Part shown: piece after piece, positions 52,448 through 64,000 of the stretch
Position numbering within the stretch: position 1 is the first letter of the stretch
How the letters are laid out: every line of letters starts with the position of its first letter
NCBI GenBank assembly: GCA_013239625.1
Contig: MU054116.1
Location: 1-64,000 of the forward strand
DNA length: 64,000 bases
Direction: 5' to 3'
From: Lama guanicoe
Lineage: Eukaryota
Translations under genes and position numbers: made by a program
The notes under the pieces: generated by a model
The model's input: the letters and a program-made list of their open reading frames with translations, nothing else
Database searches by the model: none
Told to the model about the DNA's origin: nothing

Positions 52448-53441
52448 CAGCTGACCCTGAACAACAAGGATCTGAAATGCATGGCCCATTTAAATGCAGA
52501 TTTTTTTCAATAAATATATTGGAAAAAGATTTTGAGATTTGTGACATTTTAAAAAAAATTTAATTCTCAGAGAAACCCTGTAGCCTAAAAATAACAGAAA
52601 ATTTAAGAAAAAGGTATGTCATGAACGCATAAAACATATGTAGATATTAGTCTATCTTTATATATGCATAAGGTGAGGGAATTTGATACAAAATGAATAA
52701 TGTGTTATTTTTCTTACCATTATATAACTTTGCTTTTAAAGAATCACATTGCCATACAGTATGCCTCTCTCATAACTGGAGAAACTTTGTATCAGCCTAT
52801 CATCACAGGTGAGCATTTCTTTAAAAAAGTGACTGTTTTCAATACTGTATTGTAAATATGACTTTAATACTCTTTGCCATAAAAATTTTACATTGATTCA
52901 TTCATTACTGCATAAGCTGGTGTATTGGGAACAACATCATTGATTTACAGTAGGCAACCATAAAGTAATCTTATTGCTGTTTGTTCATTATCAATGCATG
53001 AATTGCTTTACCTTAAATAAATATGAATTTCTGTTTCATGTTATTTTTTCATTTTTGATGTCTAGTGTTAGTTACATATGTAATATCACAGTGTCTTACA
53101 TCATATAAGATGATATTTACGTAGGTTCTGACAGACCATTCATCTTGTAAAGATATTGTAAACTTACAGAATCAATAAAGACCATACATTAAATGTATTT
53201 TTTCTTCCTTATGATTTTTCAACAGCGTTTTCTTTTCTCTAACTTACCTTATTGTAAGAATACAGTATATAATATATATAACATACAAAATATGTATTAA
53301 CTGACTGTGTGTTAATGGTAAGGCTTCTAGTCAACAGTAGGCTATTAGTAGTTAATTTCTGTGGGAGCCAAAAGTTTGACGATTTTTTTGACTGCACATG
53401 GGATCAGTTCCTTTAACCCCTACATTCTCAAGGGGCAACAC
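52448..53441 (+). mobile_element. Tigger2-family non-autonomous DNA transposon (about 1 kb)
   Basis: TA then left TIR cagctgaccctgaacaac. Right end gtcaacagtaggctattagtagttaa...gggagccaaaagtt...taacccctacattctcaaggggcaac is a degraded inverted copy. Confidence 0.85.
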
Positions 53442-55053
53442 AGTGTTATATTTTATACCTTAAAAGTACTGGTCCAAACAAAGATTAGAACTCTGTGCTA
53501 TTTTAAACTGATTAATGCACAAGGAGATGGAGAAATCAGGAGTACTGGAAAGGTGATGAAAAGTCGAACAACACAATTCTAGAGGTTCTGTGACTGTTTC
53601 AAAATTTAAAAAAAAAGAGGACATTATTTTTCCCTTACAAATATTTGGTTGGTTGACTTGTCTTTATGTTTACGCATTTGTTTCTCTAAGAATTTTATTC
53701 ACTGAGGTTGGTTCTGAACAGCAGAAAAAAAAATGGAAAGCTAAATGAACCTAATTATGTGTAGAGAGAGAGAGGGATGAAATTATTATGAAAATTAAAA
53801 GCTGCATCATTAACAAATTTTAGGTTATATTAGCAAATAAGCTGGGAGTATCAGCAGGAGAGAAACAGGTTTTATAATCTAGGCAGGAAGAACGTTATTT
53901 AAATAAAGAAGAAACAGAATCTATCTTGAGTATAATCATAGGATTTAGCAACAATTCTAACCTTCCTGTCATTGCAACCTGAGCCTTTAACCACCAGTAT
54001 TGTTGGAAATTTTCTCTACTTTTTAAAAGAATAAAATAAAAACTAAGTTAAAATTATATATAAGGTAGATTAGATCATTCATTGAAAAATTACTGAATTC
54101 ACAGAGCAGGGTGCCAGGCAAAATAACTACAAAAAATATGTGCCATTGGCTTCAACAATAATAAACTTCTTGTAGATATTAGACAAGCAATGGGGGGTTA
54201 GAAGTGAAATTCAGGTTGCAGAGGCTTAAAGCATAAACTGAGCAGGAGTAAGATGACAAGATGAAGACATTAACGTCTTTTCAAAGGAATTAAAAACATA
54301 ATGAAATCAGGCACAGCCTGGAAGGCTATTTTTAAATGATATTAAATGTTGTTTTAGCTTCAGGGACCGCCATCAATTAAACTGAAAACTTACATGAATT
54401 TACATGAGAAAATTCCTTTTGCAAATATCTTGACTACAACCTTTCCTCACACTATAGATAAAATAGTTGTGCATCAAACCATCTATGAATTGAGAATAAG
54501 GAATACAAGCAGAGAAGAATAAAGAGATAAAGGCAAGTCTCAGGAGCAGGATTGTGTTTTGTTGTCATTGTTTTCTTTCATTTTCCAGGAGAAATGTATC
54601 TGACCCTTAAAACAATCCTTGGAAAGTGACAGTTGAAGAGAATTCATGTTCTTCATTATCTGGATATGTCCTAAATCCAAGGTTTGTCTTGGATAAAGAA
54701 TGTTTAAGTTCACAGAAGGTAACGTCATCTTTTTCCCCCTAACTTCCTTGTAAACCCAATCCATGTCATGAATTACAAACACTTCTAAATTTTGAGGGGC
54801 AGGGAATGATCTGAGAAAACGTGGGATTGCTTTACAGTAACATGAATCCTGAAGGAATAATCCACTGCTCACACATGTACATTCAGGAGGGCTGTTCAAA
54901 CAGTGGTGATACTGAATATAACATGAAGGAGTAAAATAAATGCAGACTTGTTTGGCTTTATTCACACAGTCTTTTGCTACAGAATTCAAATATCAACTTC
55001 ATAATATCTTTTTGATTTTTACATGCAAATTGGGTAGATTTCAAAACTCAGTG

Positions 55054-56001
55054 ATGAAAAACCACACAGCAGTAACAACTTTTATCCTTCTGGGACTGAC
55101 AAATGACCCACAACTGCAAATTCTGCTTTTTATCTTTCTATTTCTCACCTACATGTCAAGTGTAACAGGGAACCTGACTATTATCACCCTCACATTGGTG
55201 GACTCCCATCTTAAAACTCCTATGTACTTTTTCCTCAGAAATTTTTCCTTCTTAGAAGTCTCATTTACTACTGTCTGTATTCCTAGATTCCTGTACAGCC
55301 TGTCAACTGGGGACAATACCATTACCTACAATGCTTGCGCAAGTCAAATATTTTTTGTTATTCTCTTTGGAGCAACAGAATTTTTTCTCCTGGCAGCAAT
55401 GTCCTATGACCGCTATGTTGCTATCTGTAAACCCCTCCATTATATGACCATCATGAACAACAGAGTCTGCACTTTACTAGTCCTCTGCTGCTGGGTATCT
55501 GGCTTGATGATCATTGTCCCCCCACTTAGCTTGGGCCTGCAGCTGGAATTCTGTGACTCCAACACCATTGATCATTTTACCTGTGATGCAGGTCCCCTCC
55601 TAAATATCTCCAGCTCAGATACATGGGTAATAGAACAAATGGTTATCCTTGTGGCTGTATTTGCACTCATTATCACGCTACTGTGTGTGCTTCTCTCTTA
55701 CACGTACATCATCAGGACAATTCTGAGAGTCCCCTCAGTCCAACAAAGGAAAAAGGCCTTTTCTACCTGCTCATCCCACATGATTGTGGTTTCCATCACC
55801 TACGGAAGCTGCATCTTCATCTATGTCAAGCCCTCAGCAAAGGAGGAGGTGGCCATAAACAAAGGCATTTCGGTGCTCATGACTTCAGTTGCACCTTTGC
55901 TAAACCCCTTCATTTACACCCTGAGGAATAAGCAAGTGAAACAAGCCTTCAATAATTCCATAAAGAAGATTACATTTCTCTCAAAGAAATCAAGATTTTG
56001 A
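55054..56001 (+). CDS. OR6C2: Olfactory receptor OR6C2-like (315 aa from ATG 55054; conserved ECL2 Cys replaced by Ser)
   Basis: MKNHT start after a probable acceptor AG at 55036-55037. [32 protein letters not shown] and [11 protein letters not shown] match recalled human OR6C2; the OR6C68 paralogue is not excluded. Confidence 0.88.
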   Translation: MKNHTAVTTFILLGLTNDPQLQILLFIFLFLTYMSSVTGNLTIITLTLVDSHLKTPMYFFLRNFSFLEVSFTTVCIPRFLYSLSTGDNTITYNACASQIFFVILFGATEFFLLAAMSYDRYVAICKPLHYMTIMNNRVCTLLVLCCWVSGLMIIVPPLSLGLQLEFCDSNTIDHFTCDAGPLLNISSSDTWVIEQMVILVAVFALIITLLCVLLSYTYIIRTILRVPSVQQRKKAFSTCSSHMIVVSITYGSCIFIYVKPSAKEEVAINKGISVLMTSVAPLLNPFIYTLRNKQVKQAFNNSIKKITFLSKKSRF

Positions 56002-56914
56002 TGAATCAGAGTGAAATGAAAGAAGAAAGTCCTCTAAATATTTAATGACAGCTTCTAACTTATTTCATTGCTTTGTACTTATAATTTAGTCATATTAACT
56101 TTCTCAAAGACATTTAATACTGCATCTTAATCTCACCTTAATCAAACTCCTTTTTTCCAAGCCAAATTCATACACGGTGCTTTTTCTCATTGTGAAACTA
56201 TAAATAATGTATTTCTAAGTAATGAAAATTGTCTCCACTTCTGACCTAGTCTGAACTTCAATGATCCAGGAAGGAAAGCAATAGTATTTAAGAGTATATA
56301 AATTATATAGAAGACATATTATGTAGCAATAATATAAGTTTCTTCCTCTCAAAGTTATCAAAAATAATACTATAAATCTAAGAATCAAAAAAATAGAAAA
56401 AAATTTGCATAGATACATAGATGTATTAAAATAAATTTAACCAAATAAGGTGTTCCAGGCTAATTAAAATAATGAACGAACAAAGTAGAAACTAAGATAT
56501 CAACAGGATTTTAAGAATGCTCAGAATTTTTAAAATGGAAACATCATCACAACCACTGATAAGATGTATTTGCTATGTTATTTAAATTCATGGGAGAATT
56601 TCACTTAAAAGGCATATATTTAATTTAAAACAAATGTAAACATACATCACTTACTATGAGTTACAAAATTAGAACAGACATATGAGTAAACTAGAATACC
56701 AAATTTTAAATGCTGATGAAATAAGACAAGTCACGTCAAAACAAGGCTAAGTGAATGATTTAAGACGATATCAAGTATATTCAACTAGCAGAAATAGGAA
56801 AAAATAGGGAACTACAAAGGGAATAAGTATTGGATTATGATCAAGAGGAAAACTGAAGAACATATTGCTAAACTGAAGGAATTAAAGTTTGAAGCAAGTA
56901 ATAATGTGCTTATC

Positions 56915-57028
56915 AAGAAAGAAAGAAGGAAAGAAGGAAAGGAAAGGAAAAAAGGAAGAAAGGAAGAAAAGAAAGAAAGAAAGGAAGGAAGGAAGAAAAA
57001 AGAAAGGAAAGAAAGAAAGAAGGAAGGA
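56915..57028. repeat. Pure-purine (GAAA/GGAA) low-complexity tract
   Basis: aagaaagaaagaaggaaagaaggaaaggaaagg...gaaggaagga, more than 100 bp of only A/G. Confidence 0.95.
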
Positions 57029-57239
57029 TTGATTCTTTTTTTAAGCAAAATTTACGTCTGTTAAAATGCACAAATCTTAAGTATCCAATTTGATGAGTTT
57101 TGACAAGTGACAAATATAAGCCACATTTCTATCAACCGTCAAAGTCAATCAGTTGATCAACTGCAGGTTTCTACTTCGAGGTGTGGATTACTTTTGGGAT
57201 GATTTCCACAGGCGGGGAATAAACTGTCAATCGTAAGCA

Positions 57240-58500
57240 CTTATACACCAGGAGATGACCACTAAAAATTACTTCACCATTTTATTGCATAAAGTAACCA
57301 TCTACTATGCTCACTGGTTCTGTTGTCAGGAATTTTTTTAACATTTTTTATTGATTTATAATCATTTTACAATGTTGTGTCAAATCCCAGTGTTCAGCAC
57401 AATTTTTCAGTCATTCATGGACATATACACACTCATTGTCACATTTTTTTCTCTGTAATTTATCATAACATTTTGTGTATATTTCCCTGTGCTATACAGT
57501 GTAATCTTGTTTATCTATTCTACAATTTTGAAATCCCAGTCTATCCCTTCCCACCCTCTACCCCGCCCCCCCCGTAACCACAAGTCTGTATTCTCTGTCC
57601 ATGAGTCTATTTCTGTCCTGTATTTATGCTTTGTTTTTGTTTGTTTGTTTGTTTTCGTTTTTGTTTTTTAGATTCCACATATGAGCGATCTCATATGGTA
57701 TTTTTCTTTCTCTTTCTGGCTTACTTCACTTAGAATGACATTCTCTAGGAGCATCCATGTTGCTGCAAATGGCATTATGTTGTCGGTTTTTATGGCTGAG
57801 TAGTATTCCACTGTATAAATATACCACATCTTCTTTATCCAGTCACCTGTTGATGGACATTTAGGCTGTTTCCATGTTTTGGCTATTGTAAATAGTGCTG
57901 CTATGAACATTGGAGTGCAGGTGTCATCCTGAAGTAGACTTCCTTCTGGATACAAGCCCAGGAGTGGGATTCCTGGGTCATACGGTAAGTCTACTCCTAG
58001 TCTTTTGAGGAATCTCCACACTGTTTTCCATAGTTGTCAGGAATTTATACAGAGAGTACACCAGGCCTTATTTCTGTTCTGTGATGTCTGGGGACTCATG
58101 TGAAAGACCTGAAGACTGAGAGCTGGAGTCATCTTAAGACACCTTCACTCACATGTCTGACAGTTGATTCTGACTGTCAGTCTGAGGCCTCAGTCTAGGG
58201 GTTTTTTAATATGCATTTCTCTATGTGGTCTCTCTTTAGAGCCAGTTAGGGCTTTTTCACAGCATTGGACTGAGTTCCAAGGGTCAGTATCCCAAAATAG
58301 AGGGATCTAGGCAGGATCTATATCCTTTCTATGACCTAGTCTTGATGGCATAGCATCAACTTTACTGGTTATAGTAGTTATTAGCTTCTGTCCAAATTCT
58401 AGGGAAGGAATTTAGAGCCTACTTATCCTTGGAAAGAGTATCAAAGTCATATCATAAGAGGATATTGGATGACTGGTATTTTTGTGTTACTCTCATGGAG
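57240..58500 (-). mobile_element. MaLR LTR (MLT1-like) split by the young L1 at 57336-58032
   Basis: Removing the L1 and one TSD restores ...tatgctcactggttctgttgtcaggaattt-atacagag...gatgtctgggg...cttcactcacatgtctgacagttga...ttctatgacctagtctt, an antisense MLT1G/H-like sequence. Confidence 0.7.
57336..58032 (-). mobile_element. Young 5'-truncated LINE-1 with 14-bp TSD
   Basis: Open ORF2 C-terminus 58021-57668 (WRFLKRL..LPYDP..MRSLICGI*), 3' UTR, T-run at 57333-57339. Perfect TSD GTTGTCAGGAATTT at 57322-57335 and 58033-58046. Confidence 0.95.
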
Positions 58501-59859
58501 TACACAACATGTTGCTTTCTTTCTTTTTTTAATGAGGTTATACCAGTAATGAAAAAATATGGGAAGTTTATGCAGCATGCTACTCTACACATTTATCTCT
58601 CTAGTTATTCCAGAAGGATTGACAACAACAATCAATATCTTGATATTTGAGAAATAGTCTGTCTTTTTAACTTCGCATATACCTTTCTATCTTCTTATAA
58701 TTTACTGTGAAGTTCAGGGCTCACCAATAATCTAATAATCCATTTTAACTGATCCATTTATGTTTTTTTTCCCACTATCATTAAAATTAATAGATAAGTA
58801 TTTTCAAGAATATTGGCTAGAGAAATGTACGGTAACTGCAGACATAGACAAGAACAAATACAACCGGCATATATGGAAGATAATCTTGTGTGACTAGCTT
58901 AATCACCTCTATGGTATAAACCAACTGGTGTAATGACATATACATTAGGAAAATTATGGAGTTGGTGCATTTATGTGTTATATGGGCTGACACTTGGAGT
59001 ATAAAAAATGCTAATTTCATACCCCAGTTTTGGAGGAAATGAAACACAATTTTAGCTTTAAAGAAGTCATTTAAAAAACTGGGATGGCTATATTAATATT
59101 AGCCAAAGTGGACTTTAAGGCAAATAGTATTACCCTAGATATAAAGGGACATTTTACAATGTCAAAGGGTCAACTCATCAAGAATAACATAACACCCCTA
59201 AATATACATGTACCTAATCACAGAGCTTCAAATTGCAAGAAGTGAAGACTGACAGAACTGTAAAAAAAAAAAAAAAAAAAAAAAAAGGTATGAGAGATTT
59301 CAACAGTTCTAGCACAAGTAGAAAGGGAATAATTAAAATAGAGGACATGAACAACACTATCAATCAAGGTGGCCTAAGTGGCATTTAAAGAACAATCCAT
59401 TAAAGAACTAAGATTGAACATTCTTTCCGATTACACATGAAACATTCACCAAGACAGTGCATATGTTAGGACATAAAGCAAATCTCAGTAAATTCAAAGG
59501 GATCATGATAATATAAAATATGTTTCCTGTGAACAACAGAATTATATTAAAATCAGTTTCTTTGAAAAAATTTGGAAAATCTCCAAATTTTGAAAAATTA
59601 AATAATACCCTTTGACCATACTTTAGCAGAGGACAATGAAGAAACTATTCAAAAAAGAGAGAAAGAGAAAATATTTTGAACTGGTCGACAATGAAGGATG
59701 AAAATAATGAAGATAAAAGCAGAAATCAATGAAATAGAAATCAAACACGCAATAGAAAAAAATCAGTGAAACATAAAGCTAATTTTTTAGATCAACATAA
59801 CTGATAAACTTCTGCTTAGAAAGATCAAGAAATAAAGAGTCAAAACACAAATTGCCAAT

Positions 59860-60957
59860 TTTGCCAGCTATCAAATTATTGCCCCTCAGTTTCAAATTCA
59901 ATCTGAAACCTGTTAGAATAAATAGATGATTTCTTTTAAGTATTTCTTTATTTTCAGGGAGCAAGATACTAAAAAGAAACTTAGTATCATAAGATACTAA
60001 GCTTGCTCAGTGGAGAAATATTTCAGGACGAAGGGGCTTCTCTTCCTATGTTGGTTCACAAACTGGCCCCTGTACACAGAGGACAAGGAGAGACTGGAGA
60101 GAGAGGCAGGTCACTACTGACTGGTGAGTGGCAGTTTTAATAAGGGAACTTACGTACAAAGTTTGTCTTCGGCCACAGGAGGAGCAGATCTCCACACCCA
60201 CCCACAAGATTCTTAAAGATTATGAACAGGCCTTAACTGGGTTCAGTCATATATGTTCAGTTCAGATAATCTCAACAACACCTTACCTTCTTAAGGCTAC
60301 TTGCTTGAGACTGCGCCTAGTGTGGGAATGGCGGACGGAATGTGCATTTCAAGAATGGGGGAGTGCAGGAGGAATCTCTGCTTGCAAGCCAACCAAAAGT
60401 CACCTCCTATCCATGACCTCCTAATATTCTAGTTCTGGTAACTGCACAACCTCTCACAGGTGTGGTGTGGAGATATAGTCCAGCCACTCACCAGGTATAC
60501 AGAGCCCTTCAGCAACTCGTCAGTCCACACCTGGCTGACCATCACTATTTATATACTTCCTGATGTGGAGGAGGTCTCCTAACCACAGCTGTATCCTTGC
60601 TACCTCTGCACACCCTCATGTTTACCCCTGGATGTGACTAGCCAGTGCCCTAGGGTATTCTTTCCACCTGAAACAGGACCGTAGACTAGTTTAGGTCCGG
60701 GAAAACCTGTGAACTTCTCTGCCAGTGGACTGCAACTATACCTTCTGCAATGAGATTTGAACCCCAGTCTTGAAGAGTTGATTCCCCCTTCATAATTGTC
60801 CCTCCTTGTTAAATTCTCCCTGAGTCTCAGGTACCTTCTAGAGTTCTCATATCTTATGGTTACTTATTTATCATAGTTTAATCATTCTATATATTAAACT
60901 CCCCCTTTTTAAATCACTATATGGTTTCTGTCTCCTGATTGAATCTGGACAGATATG
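59860..60957 (+). mobile_element. ERVL-type solo LTR (LTR41/LTR52-like) with 5-bp TSD, carrying a second LTR
   Basis: TSD CCAAT at 59855-59859 and 60958-60962. Start tttgccagctatcaaattattgcccctcag. End ATTAAA...tggtttctgtctcctgattgaatctggacagatatg. Confidence 0.72.
60049..60426 (-). mobile_element. Nested solo LTR (about 378 bp)
   Basis: Begins TG (tgttgg), ends TA (probably mutated CA). Flanks TCCTA (60044-60048) / TTCTA (60427-60431). Minus-strand ATTAAA near 60136-60141. Confidence 0.65.
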
Positions 60958-61419
60958 CCAATACAAAGAATGTAAGACAGAACATCAATATAGATCCTCC
61001 AGATATCACCATATTAATAATGGAAGATTATGAGCAATGTTAAACCAATATACTTCACAACTTAGATGAAATGGAAAAGTTATTTAAAAGATACAAATTA
61101 CAAACCTGACACACACACACAAATAGAAAATCTGCATTTTTTTTTCTTTTTAGAAATTGGATTAATAGCTAAAAACCTTCTCACAAAGAAAACTCCAAAA
61201 TCATGTTGCCTCACTAATGAATACCGATGTACACAAATTCCTTCAGGACACATAAAGACTACTTTCTTACTCATTTTATGAAATCAACATAAACCTGATA
61301 CAAATATCAGGCAAAGAAATTACAACAATAAAAATGTAGACCAACACCTCTCATGATCACACATGCAAACATCCTTCACAATTTACCAGTAAAACTTATA
61401 GGTTAATAATAGTAACCAA

Positions 61420-62730
61420 CTAAAAATGGACAAGAAAATTTATTAGATACTACTTAAGGAAGTTACATGGATAGCCAATAAGCACATGAAAAGAAGTTCA
61501 GTATCATTAGTCATCACGAAATTTAAATTATAACTAAAATGTATCACACACTCACTAGAATGGCTACAATTAGAATACAGGCTGACAATGTAAGTCATGA
61601 CAAGAGTAGGGAGCAACTGGAACTATCATACATTGCTGCTATGCATGTGAAATGATACAGCCACTTACGAAAACATTCTGGCTAGTTCACATAAAATTAA
61701 ATATACTTGTCACATGTCTCAGCAATTGCTCTCTTAGCTATTTACCTAAGAAAACTGAAAACAGATATCCCTCAAAATAACATACATGAATGTCTGTAAC
61801 AATTTTATTCATATAGCTCAAAACTGTAAATATCCCAAATATTCATTAAAAATAGAGAAAACAGATAAACAAGATTATACAGTGTAGCACAGGGAAATAT
61901 ATACAAGATCTTCTGGTAGCTCACAGCAAAAATAAAATGTGACAATGAATATATGTATGTTCATGTATAACTGAAAAATTGTGCTCTACACTGGAGTTTG
62001 ACACAACATTGTAAAATGACTATAACTCAATAAAAAAAGTTAAAAAAAAAAAAAAAGAAACCTAGTTTGGTATATTCATGCAATGGAAAACCACTCAACT
62101 ACCCAAAGGAGTAAACTGCTAAAACAAATAGAACAGAAAATTTCAAAAACATTATGCTGAGTGAAATAATACACTCATCAATGTACATCAATGTAAAATT
62201 CTAGAACAGGAAAAACGAATCTGTAGTGACACATAAGTGACTGAATGAGGTCAGAGCAGAGTGTGCTGACTGCAAAGCACCAGAGGCAATGTTTTGGGAT
62301 GACAGAGATGTTATACATCTTGTGGTCTGGTGATTACTTACATGGATACATTTTTCAAAATTTCTCAAACTTTACACTTCAAATGAATGTATTCTATTGT
62401 GTATATATTATACCTTAATAACACTGATTGAAAAAGCAAAGAAAATGAGCAAATTAACTTCAACAGGTACTTCACATAAAGAAATATCTAACCAGCAACT
62501 GAGTATATGAAAATGGTATATGACTACAGACACACATACAGGCACTCAAACAGAAGTGGAGAAACTGGAATTCTTACACGCTGCTCATAGGAGTGCAACT
62601 GGTATACACACTGTAACATATACTGCATGACTAGCAATTAAAATCTTAGGTGTATTACCACCCGAAATGTATGTGTATGTAAACAAAAAAATTATATACA
62701 AGGTATTATTCTTACTAGTAGTACTGAAAA
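61420..62730 (+). mobile_element. Old LINE-1 3' fragments (L1MB/ME-like)
   Basis: gccaataagcacatgaaaagaagttcagtatcattagtcat...ggagcaactggaactatcatacattgctg...aaacattatgctgagtgaaa...tgactgcaaagcaccagagg. Confidence 0.7.
61853..62056 (+). mobile_element. Very short young LINE-1 3' UTR tail inserted in the old L1
   Basis: gataaacaagattatacagtgtagcacagggaaatat...gacacaacattgtaaaatgactataactcaataaaaaaagtt(A)15, near-identical to 47508-47690. Confidence 0.9.
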
Positions 62731-63434
62731 TAAGCAAGACCTGCCCTCTTCTCCTATCTACCCTTCCCCTGATGGGTAGATTTCGAACAAGGATACGATA
62801 TGTTAGATCCATCCCATTCCCTTTCTTTTTTTATACTGTCTCTTCTATAGACAGATTTCAGGCTGTTCCAAGTCAAGCAGTAGAAGTGTTTGTCTTGGGT
62901 GGTGGAGTAGATTTGGATTTCCAGCACTACGTACAGTTATGAAAGACTCAAGATTTCCTTATTGGGATGTTCATAGCTATGTTTTCAATACTTCCATAAT
63001 GAAACTGGTATTTTAATCTCCATTTACTTGCCTACTTTCTCTCTCTACTTCATTTAGAACTCAAGCAAGGAATTAAGGGTGGGATTCCTTCAGGTCCCAC
63101 AGTCCCAACAGTGACAATGAGAGACCCACTTTTGTGCATATAAGTGGTATTACACATTGGAAGCAAAATGTGACAATACACTTCAAAATTCTAAAATGTA
63201 ATCGGCCTTTGCCTCAGAAATTTCTCTTCTGATAACATAAACTAAGGAAATAAATAAAGTTTATATAAAATATTTAATATATAATGATATAATATTTAAG
63301 TATGAGAAGCCTTATTAAATAAAGGATAATCCATAAAGAGTACAATGCAGAACATTTACAATGCAAACCTGTATTTTTACCATGTAAGTATTTATAGTTA
63401 TTGGCCTAGAAATTGAATGTATGTAAACTTTCAA

Positions 63435-63469
63435 ATATATATATATAATATATAATATATTATATATAT
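63435..63469. repeat. (AT)-rich microsatellite, imperfect
   Basis: atatatatatataatatataatatattatatatat. Confidence 0.8.
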
Positions 63470-64000
63470 GAATATTTTCTCATTGAAAACATAGGCATAA
63501 AGCAAATTCGTTTTCTTTTCTTAACACTTTGTTATCTATGGGTTGAAGACTAACCAGAAATATCTTTTCATCAGAAAGTTACTGTTTTGCACTTGGAATG
63601 TGTCTAATAAAACTGTTGCATCTTATTGTCTCCAAGGACACAATTCCCACTGCTACCCCTGTTAGGTATTTTGCCAAAATCCAGTGCCTTATAGATTCAT
63701 TAGTCATATCTGAACTTTAGTCACGAAGGACTCTCAATCCACACAGAGGGGCCCCTGCACATCTTTAAGAGTCTGAGATGGTAATAAAACATTCATCTTA
63801 TTTCACTGTGTAAAAATCCATCTTTGCCCAGAGAAATCAGAAATTATCTTTTTTTAAAATCACCTTCTTTTTCTCATTTAAAATAAATGACTTTTTACTT
63901 CTGCTTTGAGATATAAGAAATTGCTTCCTAAGTTTAAAGTGGAAAAACATCTTTCATGAGAGTTTGCTGGCAACTCAGAGAGCACTATCCGCTGCACAGA

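Larger units (their letters stand above)
59075..61390 (+). mobile_element. Old LINE-1 ORF2, interrupted by nested LTRs at 59860-60957
   Basis: tggctatattaatattagccaaagtggactttaaggcaa...aaacattcaccaagac...aaagcagaaatcaatgaaatagaaa...cacaaattgccaat | acaaagaatg...caacttagatgaaatgga. A25 tract at 59262-59286. Confidence 0.75.

Noticed and set aside
56812..57113. K/E/R-rich and F/S/L-rich ORFs
   Set aside because: Translations of the GA low-complexity tract.
62585..63130. ORFs 62667-62942 and 62585-62812 and adjacent moderate-GC sequence as an OR remnant or small gene
   Set aside because: No OR motif or recognisable domain seen in the supplied ORF translations. Partly overlaps old L1; probably an unidentified repeat.
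1..64000. CRISPR arrays, tRNA/rRNA genes, CpG islands or a prokaryote-type system
   Set aside because: None seen. The window is CpG-depleted mammalian OR-cluster DNA with no regularly spaced repeats or structured RNA genes that I could recognise.

Overview
Mammalian AT-rich genomic DNA with three N gaps, holding part of a class II olfactory receptor (OR) cluster of subfamily OR6C. There are six single-coding-exon OR loci. An OR6C3-like gene lies on the minus strand. On the plus strand follow an OR6C75-like gene, an unassigned OR6C paralogue, a frameshifted OR6C65-like pseudogene, an OR6C76-like gene and an OR6C2-like gene. Names come from my recollection of the human proteins, not from a search. 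Intergenic DNA is mostly old LINE-1 (L1MA/MC-type), ERVL/MaLR fragments, solo LTRs, Tigger/hAT DNA transposon remnants and MIRs. Four young lineage-specific L1 insertions are also present, three with identifiable target-site duplications (TSDs). Their 3' UTR looks cetartiodactyl, probably camelid (inference). I found no convincing previously undescribed biological system. The most interesting observations are: (i) five of six ORs carry lesions at normally invariant positions although only one is frameshifted; (ii) a tightly spaced homeodomain + palindromic O/E (EBF) composite site at 31593-31618, plus other O/E/homeodomain-rich unique segments that are candidate OR promoters or enhancers; (iii) a TSD-supported three-level nested L1>LTR>LTR insertion, and a solo LTR between the two divergent OR genes. 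Repeat boundaries without a TSD are approximate, and subfamily names are by-eye.
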